This document shows, one piece after another, positions 28,958 through 38,900 of a stretch of 64,000 nucleotides of DNA. The notes under the pieces are model-generated. The model saw only the letters and a list, made by a program, of their open reading frames with translations, was not told where the DNA came from and did no database searches. A program made the position numbers and the translations under genes. Source of the DNA: Bacteroidales bacterium. Its GTDB lineage: Bacteria > Bacteroidota > Bacteroidia > Bacteroidales > VadinHA17. The first letter of the stretch is position 1. Each line of letters opens with the position of its first letter. The stretch spans positions 5,218 to 69,217 of the forward strand of contig JBARBF010000079.1 in NCBI GenBank assembly GCA_049792755.1, read 5' to 3'.

Positions 28958-31362
28958 AAACTGAAAAGACTTCTATATTGAACAATAACTGCAACTGTGA
29001 TGAGACATCAAAGGTAAATATTCCTTCGGTGGTCGAGGAGGTTGTGAACTATACCGGACGTGAATCGGATAAAGTTATTCTTATACTTCAGGAAGTACAG
29101 AAAAAGCTTAACTGGCTTCCTTCTGAAGCACTTAAACATATTTGCGAGATAACCGATATAACAGCAGGTCAGATTTCGGGTGTTTCGACATTTTATACAC
29201 AGTTCAGACATCTTCCGGTTGGAAAACATACCATAAAAATTTGTGCCGGAACTGCATGTCATGTGAAAGGCAGTCCGCTAATATCCGATGCATTTAAAAG
29301 AGTTCTTAAAATTGATGATGCCAGGAATGCTTCACCCGATAATCTTTTTTCAATTGAAGAGGTTGCATGTCTGGGCTGTTGCACACTCGCACCCGTTGTA
29401 CAGATTGATGGCAAAACATACGGGCATGTAAAACCAACCCAGGTGGATGAGATAATTAGTAACTTTCTCAATTCTGCCAGGGTAAGCGATAAAACATCCC
29501 TATCAGAACTAAATGAGGATATTGATGCTGAAATCAGGGTCGGTATAGGATCATGTTGTGTCGCCGGAGGAAGCAGGGAAATTCTCTCCGAGATAATTGA
29601 GATCAGGGAAAAGTATAATCTTAACATCAGACTTAAGCCTGTCGGTTGTGTCGGCGTTTGTAACCAGACACCCCTGATGGAAATAGTTACAGATGATAAT
29701 ATTCATTCGAGATATACAAAAGTCAGTAAACCTCAGGTTGAAGAGATCCTTCTTAAACACGTCAAACCAAGAACATTAAGAAATAAAATCAAGTACAATA
29801 TAAACGATCTGGTTGATTCCTTCCTTTCAGATGATAAAATTACGGGTCAGATCAATGTTTCTGATGGTGTAAGAGAAAAATATCTTAATAATTTTCTTAA
29901 TCACCAGGTTCATATAGCCACCCTGAACAGTGGTAATCTTTCTCCGGAATCATTTGAAGAACATGTTCTGTCGGGCGGATTTGAAGCACTTCGTAAGTGT
30001 TTTTTAGAATCAGACCAGGAATCTATTATCCATACAATCACCTCGAGTGGTTTAAGGGGAAGAGGCGGAGCAGGATTTCCGACAGGGAAAAAGTGGCAAA
30101 TCTCTATGCAATCGTCAGGCTCTACAAAGTACGTTGTATGCAATGGAGATGAAGGCGACCCGGGTGCCTTCATGGACAGGATGCTTCTTGAGTCTTTTCC
30201 TTTCAGAGTCATTGAAGGAATGATAATTGCCGGATATGCTACGGGTTCTTCTGAAGGGATTTTCTATATACGCGCGGAATACCCTTTGGCAGTTGCAAGA
30301 ATAAGACTGGCTATAAGGTTGTGCTATGAAAATAAAACTCTTGGTAACAATATTTTTGGAAGTGCTTTTTCTTTTAATATTTCAGTCTTTGAAGGCGCAG
30401 GTGCTTTTGTATGCGGTGAGGAAACAGCATTGATTGCCTCACTCGAAGGTAAACGCGGAATGCCTCATCTGAGGCCTCCCTACCCTGCTGTTAAAGGATT
30501 CAGACAGAAACCTACTCTCGTAAACAATGTTGAAACTCTTTCATTGGTTCCATGGATAATTACAAACGGAGCTGAGAAATTCGGATCTGTCGGAACAGAA
30601 AAAAGCAAGGGAACAAAAGTATTTGCGCTGGCAGGGAAGATTTCCAAAGGAGGCCTCATTGAGGTTCCGATGGGTCTGACGATACGCAAAATAGTTGAAG
30701 AGATTGGTGACGGTGTAGGAGATAACCAAATTTTTAAGGCAGTTCAGATAGGAGGTCCGTCTGGTGGCTGTATTCCTGCAGATAAAGCTGATACAGCTAT
30801 TGATTACGAAGAACTTACACGATTGGGAGCCATGATGGGTTCCGGAGGCATGGTAGTCCTCGACGACTCTGACTGCATGGTAGATATGGCAAAATATTTT
30901 CTGACGTTCACTCACAAACAATCGTGTGGAAAATGCACATTCTGCAGAGTTGGCACCAAGCACATGCTCAACATTATAACCAGATTAACTGAAGGGAAAG
31001 CAAATAATGAAGATATCAATGAACTGGAAAACCTATCAAGGCTTGTAAAAGCTGGCAGTTTATGCGGACTCGGAAAGACTGCTCCTAATCCTGTACTTAC
31101 AGGTCTTGAATATTTCAGGGAAGAATATGAGGAACATACAAAAGGAATATGCCGGGCTAAGAAATGCAGGGATCTGATTAAGTATACTGTAACTGACAGA
31201 TGTACGGGATGCACTATCTGTTCACAGGAGTGTCCTGTTAAGGCGATTCCTTTTACACCTTATGAAAGACATGAGATAAACCAGTTAATATGCACTAAAT
31301 GTGATAATTGCAGAATTGTTTGTCCTGAAAAAGCTATTGAAATAATAAATATAAATGGTTAA
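28954..31362 (+). CDS. NuoE-NuoF fusion: NADH-binding FMN/Fe-S flavoprotein (HydB/HndC-like)
   Basis: 802 aa with these domains in order: (1) NuoE-type 2Fe-2S (CAGTACHVKG...CLGCCTLAP); (2) a second thioredoxin-like 2Fe-2S (GSCCVAGGS...GCVGVCNQTP); (3) FMN/NADH motifs GLRGRGGAGFPTGKKW and VCNGDEGDPGAFMDR; (4) N3 cluster SCGKCTFCRVG...CGLG; (5) C-terminal 2x4Fe-4S (CTGCTICSQECP, CTKCDNCRIVCP). The TTG start overlaps the upstream TGA, so the start is uncertain. Confidence 0.85.
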   Translation: MKTEKTSILNNNCNCDETSKVNIPSVVEEVVNYTGRESDKVILILQEVQKKLNWLPSEALKHICEITDITAGQISGVSTFYTQFRHLPVGKHTIKICAGTACHVKGSPLISDAFKRVLKIDDARNASPDNLFSIEEVACLGCCTLAPVVQIDGKTYGHVKPTQVDEIISNFLNSARVSDKTSLSELNEDIDAEIRVGIGSCCVAGGSREILSEIIEIREKYNLNIRLKPVGCVGVCNQTPLMEIVTDDNIHSRYTKVSKPQVEEILLKHVKPRTLRNKIKYNINDLVDSFLSDDKITGQINVSDGVREKYLNNFLNHQVHIATLNSGNLSPESFEEHVLSGGFEALRKCFLESDQESIIHTITSSGLRGRGGAGFPTGKKWQISMQSSGSTKYVVCNGDEGDPGAFMDRMLLESFPFRVIEGMIIAGYATGSSEGIFYIRAEYPLAVARIRLAIRLCYENKTLGNNIFGSAFSFNISVFEGAGAFVCGEETALIASLEGKRGMPHLRPPYPAVKGFRQKPTLVNNVETLSLVPWIITNGAEKFGSVGTEKSKGTKVFALAGKISKGGLIEVPMGLTIRKIVEEIGDGVGDNQIFKAVQIGGPSGGCIPADKADTAIDYEELTRLGAMMGSGGMVVLDDSDCMVDMAKYFLTFTHKQSCGKCTFCRVGTKHMLNIITRLTEGKANNEDINELENLSRLVKAGSLCGLGKTAPNPVLTGLEYFREEYEEHTKGICRAKKCRDLIKYTVTDRCTGCTICSQECPVKAIPFTPYERHEINQLICTKCDNCRIVCPEKAIEIINING

Positions 31363-32473
31363 GCTTAAAATAGATAATACCGATTTTGAAGTCAGGGATG
31401 GAATGACTATTTTCGATATTGCGACAGAGGCAGGAATTAAAATCCCTTCCTTATGTCATAATAAGAATCTTCCTCATTACTCCTCATGTATGGTATGTAT
31501 GGTCAGGGATAACACGACCGGGAATTTTTTACCATCATGCTCAGCTCTGGCACAGAATGGAATGGACATTAATTGTACATCTGAGGAGGTTATCTTACTG
31601 AGGCGGAAATCAATTGAACTCCTGTTGTCAGAACACCGTGCTGAATGCGAAGCTCCCTGCCGGGTTGTTTGTCCTGCAGAATATAATATTCCTCTCATGA
31701 ACAGGCTGCTTCATGCCAGGGACTTTGAAGGGGCAATCAGACTTTCAATCACTCAGATTACAGATTCAGAACTGATTTGCACAGATTGCAAGGGATATTG
31801 CGAGAATGCCTGCCGGCGTAAAAAAGTTGATGTTCCGGTCTCAATAAGAAATCTGCAAATATATATTTCACAACGGAGTAAACAGGAAAACTCTGGCTTA
31901 GTTCCTGATAATTTACTTTCTTCATTTAAGAAAAGGAAATCGGAGAAACAGATTAAACGGTTTAAATCCCTCATCGGGAAACTTGAAGAAAATGAACTGC
32001 AGGAATGGTTGAAAGAATGTTCAGGTGAACTTGGACGAGCAAGGGAAATACCCGATTCTGAGGAAGCTGCCATAGAGTCGGGAAGCTGTATGCACTGTGA
32101 TTGCCGTGCTTCAGACAACTGCAATCTTCGTGATATAGCTGATGAATATTCTGTAAAAGATCCCAGGGGCAAGCTGGTAAATTCGCCCATTCAAAAGAAA
32201 ATAAATATAAATACGGGACTTATTTTTGAGAATGCGAAATGTATTAAATGCGGTCTATGCGTCAGGCTGTGTGAAGATTTGCACGAAGAACCCGGCCTTT
32301 GTTTTATAAACAGGGGATTTGTCAGCATTGTCTCGGAACCGCTTACTGAAGATTTTAACAATATTCTTAAAACCAGGAGCCAGGAGGTTATTGATATTTG
32401 CCCGACAGGGGCATTAAGTATGAAGACCCCCCAACCCACCATATGGGGAACCAAAAACCACACGGAGAATTGA
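31355..32473 (+). CDS. NuoG-N-terminal-like 2Fe-2S/4Fe-4S protein without a catalytic domain
   Basis: 372 aa. KLKIDNTDFEVRDGMTIFDIATEAGIKIPSLCH...SSCMVC is a fer2_4-type start. It continues with CEAPCRVVCPAEYNIP (GltD-N-like), CMHCDCRASDNC and CIKCGLCVRLCE...CPTGAL. It overlaps the upstream gene by 8 nt (ATGGTTAA). Confidence 0.75.
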   Translation: MVKLKIDNTDFEVRDGMTIFDIATEAGIKIPSLCHNKNLPHYSSCMVCMVRDNTTGNFLPSCSALAQNGMDINCTSEEVILLRRKSIELLLSEHRAECEAPCRVVCPAEYNIPLMNRLLHARDFEGAIRLSITQITDSELICTDCKGYCENACRRKKVDVPVSIRNLQIYISQRSKQENSGLVPDNLLSSFKKRKSEKQIKRFKSLIGKLEENELQEWLKECSGELGRAREIPDSEEAAIESGSCMHCDCRASDNCNLRDIADEYSVKDPRGKLVNSPIQKKININTGLIFENAKCIKCGLCVRLCEDLHEEPGLCFINRGFVSIVSEPLTEDFNNILKTRSQEVIDICPTGALSMKTPQPTIWGTKNHTEN

Positions 32474-32487
32474 TTAAGAGAAAGCCA

Positions 32488-32518
32488 AAGTCCTCCATTT
32501 GGTGGATTTAGGGGGTGG
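32488..32518. repeat. GC-rich repeat copy
   Basis: AAGTCCTCCATTTGGTGGATTTAGGGGGTGG. Confidence 0.7.
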
Positions 32519-32571
32519 ATGAACAGGGGAAGGGTTGATGATTAAATTGTCAAGGATTAATTTTTTAATAA

Positions 32572-33687
32572 ATGCGATATTATTTTACAATTATCCTGTT
32601 GTTTCTTCTTAATCCTGCTTCTCAGACTCAAAACGGTCAAAACGAATGGCTGCTATTCAGAGGCAAAGCTGACCTTGCTGGTAGAATTGAATCTGAACTG
32701 ACATCCTCACCCAAACTTTTATGGAGCATAAAAACCGGAGCAGCGACAAAATCATCTCCTGTTATAAGTGATGGAACTGTTTATTTTGGAAATGATAAAG
32801 GTTCACTTATTGCAGTGAGTACAGAAGGTAATGTCAGGTGGAAATATGAGGCAGGTTCGTCGATTGATGCTGCCCCGGCAATATTTGGCAATAAGATCAT
32901 ATTTGGTACAAGTGAGGGCATTCTGAAAGCTGTCGACAGGATTTCAGGTAAATTAATATGGTCGTATACCACAGATAATCAAATTGCAGGATCAGCAAAT
33001 GTGTGGATTATCGGAAACAGATCCGGAATTGTTATCGGAAGTTATGATTACTTCCTGCATTGTGTAGATCCTGAAACCGGGAAATCTCTCTGGAAAGTCG
33101 AAACGGAGAATTACATAAACGGGACTCCTTCAATATCTGGCGGTAAAATTGTATTTGGCGGATGCGATGGTATATTGCGGGTTGTGGATCCGATGACAGG
33201 TAAACAGATTGATACGATAAACATAGGGGTTTATATTGCCTCCTCTCCTGCCCTTAAGAATAATATGGCATATTTCGGAGATTATGACGGTACAAAATAC
33301 TGTGTAAACATTAAAACAAAAACAATCGTCTGGAAGATACCGGGAAGCGATGAATCAGGTTCAATAATGGCCATTCCCGCGATAGGAAATAATTCAGTTG
33401 TCATTGGTAGCGAAGATAAATATCTTTATTGCTACAACTCTTCCGATGGAAAACTGTTATGGAAATATCGTACAAACGGAAGGATTGACGGTTCAGCGGT
33501 TTTGAATTCTACAAAAATTCTTTTTACGGGTATGGATGGATATGTTTATATTCTGGGGTTAAACGATGGTAAGAAGATATGGAGCTTTAATGCAGGAACT
33601 CCGATAAGTAGTTCTCCTGCAGTTGTTAATGGCAGGTTTTACATTCTTACAGAAGATGGAAGGTTGCTTGCATTTGGTATTAAGTAG
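32572..33687 (+). CDS. secreted PQQ-like beta-propeller repeat protein (BamB-like fold)
   Basis: 371 aa with a signal peptide. EWLLFRGKADLAGR is followed by regular blades (GTVYFGND, GNVRWKY, GKLIWSY, GKSLWKV, GKLLWKY, GKKIWSF, GRFYILTEDGRLLAF). Confidence 0.8.
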   Translation: MRYYFTIILLFLLNPASQTQNGQNEWLLFRGKADLAGRIESELTSSPKLLWSIKTGAATKSSPVISDGTVYFGNDKGSLIAVSTEGNVRWKYEAGSSIDAAPAIFGNKIIFGTSEGILKAVDRISGKLIWSYTTDNQIAGSANVWIIGNRSGIVIGSYDYFLHCVDPETGKSLWKVETENYINGTPSISGGKIVFGGCDGILRVVDPMTGKQIDTINIGVYIASSPALKNNMAYFGDYDGTKYCVNIKTKTIVWKIPGSDESGSIMAIPAIGNNSVVIGSEDKYLYCYNSSDGKLLWKYRTNGRIDGSAVLNSTKILFTGMDGYVYILGLNDGKKIWSFNAGTPISSSPAVVNGRFYILTEDGRLLAFGIK

Positions 33688-33693
33688 TCGCTC

Positions 33694-33781
33694 GAAAATC
33701 AATTTAATTACCCCAGCCCCAAGGGGAGTAAATTGATTTTCTTCGCTCCCCTTGGGGTCGGGGTAAACGAAGAAAATCAAT
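33694..33781. repeat. interleaved palindromes A-B-A'-B'-A'' built around a GC-rich repeat pair
   Basis: A is GAAAATCAATTT (33694-33705). B is TTACCCCAGCCCCAAGGGGAG (33708-33728). A' is AAATTGATTTTCTTCG (33730-33745). B' is CTCCCCTTGGGGTCGGGGTAA (33746-33766). A'' is CGAAGAAAATCAAT (33768-33781). Confidence 0.75.
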
Positions 33782-33821
33782 GGGGTTCGTTACGAGAGGT
33801 TCATAGAGAATATCACATATT

Positions 33822-35111
33822 ATGAAAATTGTTTATCTTATAACAGGGTCGGGAGGTTCGTTTTATTGCGGTAATTGTTACCGTGATATGATATATCTGA
33901 GGGCGATCCGTAAAGTCCCCGGAACAAAAGCTACCGCTATTCCATTATACCTCCCACCTGATGGGCCGGATATTGAAACCGGCCTTGATAAAAATGTATT
34001 TTTCGGTGCCATTTCCATGTATCTCAGGGAAAAGGTGCCATTTCTAAGGAACATGCCGGTTTTTATCGACAAGCTTGTCGATTCTGCCCCTATGCTAAGG
34101 ATGGCAGCTCGCAGGGCCGGCACAACCCGTACCGAGGGACTTGAAGAGATGACACTAAATATGATCAGGGGCGAAAAGGCCTTTCCCGAAAAGGAGCTTC
34201 AGCGTCTTGTAGATTATCTCTCAAGAGACGGTATACCTGATGTTATCCACCTGTCAAATGCCCTGATAATAGGATTGGCAAGGCAGATCAAGAACAAAAT
34301 GAATGCCAAAATTGTATGCTCTCTCTTAAATGAAGATGACTGGATCAATGAAATGGCAGAACCGTTTCAGTCGCGGGCATGGCGATTAATTTCAAAAGAA
34401 GCGCCCAATGTTGATGCATTCTTAACTCCAAGTAAATATTATAAAGAGCTGTTCATTGGCAAAACCGGTATAAAGGGAGACAATTTTCATGTCGTCCCGC
34501 TTGGGTTTGATCCGGGCGATCTTTCAAAGATTGAAAACGCGGCCAAATGTCCTTCCATCGGTTATTTTTGCAGGATCAATGCTCAGAATGGCTTTGATAA
34601 GCTGGTTGATGCTTTCATTGAACTTAAAAGTAACAATGAGTTGCCCGGGTTGACTCTGCATGTTTCGGGCGGTTACACAAGTGATGACAAGCCGTTTATT
34701 AAGAAGCAGATGAGGAAAATTAAAGCTAAGGGTTATAATAATTTTATCAGAATATATCCTGAATTCCATGGCGACAGCAAGCAGGAGTTTTTCAGCAATA
34801 TAGATGTTATGAGTGTTCCTGTCAGAAAGCATGATGGATACGGACTTTATATTCTCGAAGCAAATTCAGCCGGTATTCCTGTGGTGCAGCCTGCGACCGG
34901 CGCATTCCCTGAAATTATTGAAAGAACTTCAGGCGGAATTACTTATTCCCACGACAATGTTTCCGACCTGGCAAAGAATCTTTTGATTTTGTTAAAGGAT
35001 AATGACTTACGTTTTAAGCTGGGAAAACAGGGAAAAGAAAAGGTACTGACAGAACTCTCTCTTGAAAAAATGTCCGAAGGCCTATCGAAAGTTTATAATT
35101 CTTTAACTTAA
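33822..35111 (+). CDS. glycosyltransferase, GT-B fold (GT4-like)
   Basis: 429 aa. The C-terminal EX7E-type region YGLYILEANSAGIPVVQPATGAFPEII is present. The N-terminus has an unusual GSFYCGNCYRD segment. Confidence 0.75.
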   Translation: MKIVYLITGSGGSFYCGNCYRDMIYLRAIRKVPGTKATAIPLYLPPDGPDIETGLDKNVFFGAISMYLREKVPFLRNMPVFIDKLVDSAPMLRMAARRAGTTRTEGLEEMTLNMIRGEKAFPEKELQRLVDYLSRDGIPDVIHLSNALIIGLARQIKNKMNAKIVCSLLNEDDWINEMAEPFQSRAWRLISKEAPNVDAFLTPSKYYKELFIGKTGIKGDNFHVVPLGFDPGDLSKIENAAKCPSIGYFCRINAQNGFDKLVDAFIELKSNNELPGLTLHVSGGYTSDDKPFIKKQMRKIKAKGYNNFIRIYPEFHGDSKQEFFSNIDVMSVPVRKHDGYGLYILEANSAGIPVVQPATGAFPEIIERTSGGITYSHDNVSDLAKNLLILLKDNDLRFKLGKQGKEKVLTELSLEKMSEGLSKVYNSLT

Positions 35112-35126
35112 TCTATAATATTAATA

Positions 35127-35198
35127 CCTTCGTGTTACTTAGTGCAACCCTTTGAGCGCCTTTGGGATTAATTTTTTTACCACGAAGTAACACAAAGG
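35127..35198. repeat. CACAAAG-family palindromic element
   Basis: CCTTCGTGTTACTTAGTG ... CCACGAAGTAACACAAAGG, forming imperfect inverted arms. Confidence 0.55.
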
Positions 35199-35227
35199 AA
35201 AAACTGTCAACTACTCAGATTAAAAAA

Positions 35228-35893
35228 ATGCTTTTTGTAAAAGAAATATCAAAGTCTTTCGCCCAGAGAGGTCTGGTATTGGACAATCTCTGTCTTGAAG
35301 TGGAAGAAGGTGAAACTGTTGCTATTATGGGTCCTTCAGGATCCGGGAAAACAACACTCATTAACATTATCGGATTACTTGATAAACCGGACACAGGAGA
35401 TATAAGCTTCCGGGGAGTTTCCGTTTTAAGTTTCACAGAAGATGAGGCAGCAGATTACAGGAACTTAAATATAGGTTTTGTATTCCAGGAACATTTGCTC
35501 CTGCCCTATCTTACTGTATCTGAAAATATAGCACTGCCTTTAATGGCATCAAAAAATTCATTGAAAGATATTAAAGCAAAAGAACAGAAATTAAAGGTAT
35601 TAATGGAAAGGACCGGCATTTACAGTCTCAGGGATAGTTATCCTTTCAGAATATCAGGCGGAGAGGCTCAACGGGTTGCTCTTGTCAGAGCACTGTCAAA
35701 TAATCCTTCCATTCTTCTTGCAGATGAACCGACAGGGTCGCTCGACGCAAAAAATGCTGAAAAAATGGGTGAACTTCTTGTTGAGATAAACAGAACATCC
35801 GGAATAGCAATCATTATGGCCACACACTCTGTCAACCTTGCAAACAAAATGTCAAAAACATGGCATCTTGAGGAAGGTAAATTAGTAATCTGA
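35228..35893 (+). CDS. ABC transporter ATP-binding protein (MacB/LolD-type)
   Basis: Walker A GPSGSGKTT, signature ISGGEAQRV and Walker B ILLADEPTGSLD are present. The ATG at 35228 is preferred, because the track extension from 35162 reads through the repeat. Confidence 0.88.
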   Translation: MLFVKEISKSFAQRGLVLDNLCLEVEEGETVAIMGPSGSGKTTLINIIGLLDKPDTGDISFRGVSVLSFTEDEAADYRNLNIGFVFQEHLLLPYLTVSENIALPLMASKNSLKDIKAKEQKLKVLMERTGIYSLRDSYPFRISGGEAQRVALVRALSNNPSILLADEPTGSLDAKNAEKMGELLVEINRTSGIAIIMATHSVNLANKMSKTWHLEEGKLVI

Positions 35894-35917
35894 ATTGAAT
35901 AGAATCACAGAATTACC

Positions 35918-38900
35918 ATGCCACGGGAGCTCGGAATAATTATACAATCAATTAAATTCTATAAAAAGCCTGTTTTATACCAGGTTTTAATAATTGTTTT
36001 GCTTTGTGCTGTTATAACCGGATCACTTCTTACCGGTAACTCTCTCAGACAAAGTCTGAAAAAATCTGCCTCGGAGCGCCTGGGTAATGCTGATATTCTA
36101 ATAAGCTCCGGAATAAGGTATTTTGATGATGGACTTGTTCAGAGAATGAAAAACTTCTCTGACATATTATGCACAGGGGTACTTGAAGCTACAGGTTATT
36201 GCCAAAACCTGAATTCACAAAAAGGAGCTTTCAATACGCATATTTATGGTATAGGAAAAGATTTTTTTATATTTCAGGGACATGATTCATTAACTATCAA
36301 ACCAGGAGAAATTGCTGTTAATAAACAGCTTGCTGATTATCTCAGACTTAAACCGGGCGACGACCTTATAATAAGATTTAAAGCTGTAAGTGATATACCT
36401 GCCGATGCGCCATTTGCGCCGGGAGGAGATGCCGGGATGTCAGTCGTGATGAGGGTCGGATCCATTCTTGGACCTGCTCACACGGGAGATTTTTCCCTGT
36501 CTATTAGTCAGATAACACCCATGAATATCTTTATGAATCTGTCGGATATTGATTCTGACCGGGGAAGCAATCTTAGAATAAACAGATTAATTATAAAAAG
36601 GAAAAACAACAATTCGTTTAAACTGGCAGCTGATGTTTTAAAACATTTTCTGAGACTAAATGATATTGGCTTAAGGCTAAGGTCGATAGAAAAGACCGGA
36701 GAAAATGAAATTATTTCTGACAGGATTTTTATTGATAAATCAGTTTTAAAAGAGATAACTGATCTTTTACCAATGTCCGCTCCAGTTATTACTTACCTGG
36801 GAAACAGGTTTGATGACCGAAACAGATCAACTCCCTATTCATTTATTTCTGCATTGCCTTCTTCTCTGTATTCCGGTATAGCTGAAGGCAATGAGATGAT
36901 AATAAACCGGTGGATGGCAAATGATCTTTCTGCAAAAGAGGGAGATACTATCAAATTGTACTGGTATTCACCTGATTCATTAAATAAGTTAATCGAAAAA
37001 AGCAGTGACTTTATAGTAAAACGGATTGTTGATATGAAGGGGATCTGGTCAGATTCTCTCCTGATGCCTGATTTTCCGGGAATTGCCGGAAAAGAATCAT
37101 GTTCTGACTGGGATGCCGGTGTGCCGATAAAAATGCATCAGATCCGTACGAAAGATGAGGATTACTGGAACAAATACAGGGGCACACCAAAAGCCTTCAT
37201 CAGCTATACCACAGGAAGGAAGATATGGGGAAATAATTTTGGTCCTGCAACATCTATTCGCTATCCTGCAGGCATGACCAAAAAGGCTATTGAAAACAAG
37301 CTTAACGGGTCACTTGATCCTTTGAAGATGGGTTTCATGATGACAGATTTGTCAGGTGAATCTGTAAAAGCGGCAAATGAGAGTGTTGATTTCAGCACCT
37401 TGTTCCTGAGTCTTGGTTTTTTTCTGATTCTTTCTTCATTGGTCTTATTGTCATTTGCAGTCTCCTTGTATTTTGATTCTAAAAGAATACATATCAGCGT
37501 TTTACATGCACTTGGTTTTAAGAGCAGCAGGATTTCCCGATTATTATTTATTGAGGCCGCCTTCATCGGAATGGCAGGATGTTCAATTGGAACATTATCA
37601 GGTTACCTGGTAAATATTTTTATTACAAGGGCTCTGAATACCGTTTGGAATGGGGCTGTTCAGACCGACACTCTGAAAGCATACTTTAATCTCTCGCCTC
37701 TTCTTTCAGGTTTTTTTCTGACACTTATTACAATTCTGGTGCTAATGTTTGTGAAGGTTAAGCGATTTCTTAAAATTTTGAATAAAAGCGGAAAAGAGAT
37801 ATACTCTATTCCTTCAGGCAGGAAAAACAGATTTTTTTTGATTATCTCATCAGTTGTTACAGTTTCATTATTTCTGTTCTCACTATTATCCGGTTCCCGG
37901 CAAATCTCTTTCTCATTTGCTTCAGGAACAGCTCTGTTATTGACTTTGGTTTTATTATGGAGGCAGTATTATATAGGGAGTCCAGATACAAACTCAGGCA
38001 GAATTATGAACAGGAAACGGTTGTTGCATCGATATTATTCGCTTAATCCGTCAGGTGCAGTAACTCCAATCCTGTTCATAGCTGCAGGAATTTTTACTCT
38101 TTTCATCACAGGAGTAAACAAGATGAATTCTGATGAAAAAATGATTAAACGGGCAGGCGGTACGGGAGGATATTTACTGTGGTGTGAAAATACAATACCG
38201 GTGAAAGAAGATATGAATTCAGAATCAGGAAAAAAATCATTTGGACTGGACAATGATCAACTTTCGGATTTGAGTTTTGTGCAGATGAAGAAGTATTCGG
38301 GAAATGACGCAAGTTGTCTGAATCTTAACCATATTACCACTCCTCCTCTGATTGGAATTGATCCGGATGATTTCATAGCAAAAAAATCATTCTCATTTTC
38401 AAAAGTACTTGATATTAAAACTTTTAAAAACCCATGGCAATATTTAAATATTCCTCCTGAAAACAATACACTGTATGGCATAGCTGATCAGACTGTCCTT
38501 GACTGGGGGTTGAAACTGAAGCCCGGAGATACTTTGATTTTAAGGGCTGAAAATGGTCAGCCTGTGAGAGTTATTATTGCTGCCGGATTACAATCATCTG
38601 TTTTTCAGGGTAATTTACTCATTGGAAAAGAAAACTTTAGCAGGTATTTTCCTTCTGTTTCAGGTAGTCAGATATTTCTTGCTGATGGCAATAATGCATT
38701 GACTGAACAATATAAGAGCACCTTAGAAGATAGGCTCGAAAGATATGGTACTTACATTGAAAAAACATCTTCTCGTCTGGCATCATTTTACAAAGTCACC
38801 AACACTTACCTCTCTGTCTTTAGTGTCTTCGGAGCTTTCGGAATGATAATCGGCGTTGCAGGACTTGGATTTGTGCTTCTGAGGAACTATAATCAGCGGA

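Noticed and set aside
35162-35227. 22-codon N-terminal extension of the ABC ATPase
   Set aside because: It reads through the CACAAAG-family element. The ATG at 35228 gives a normal distance to Walker A.
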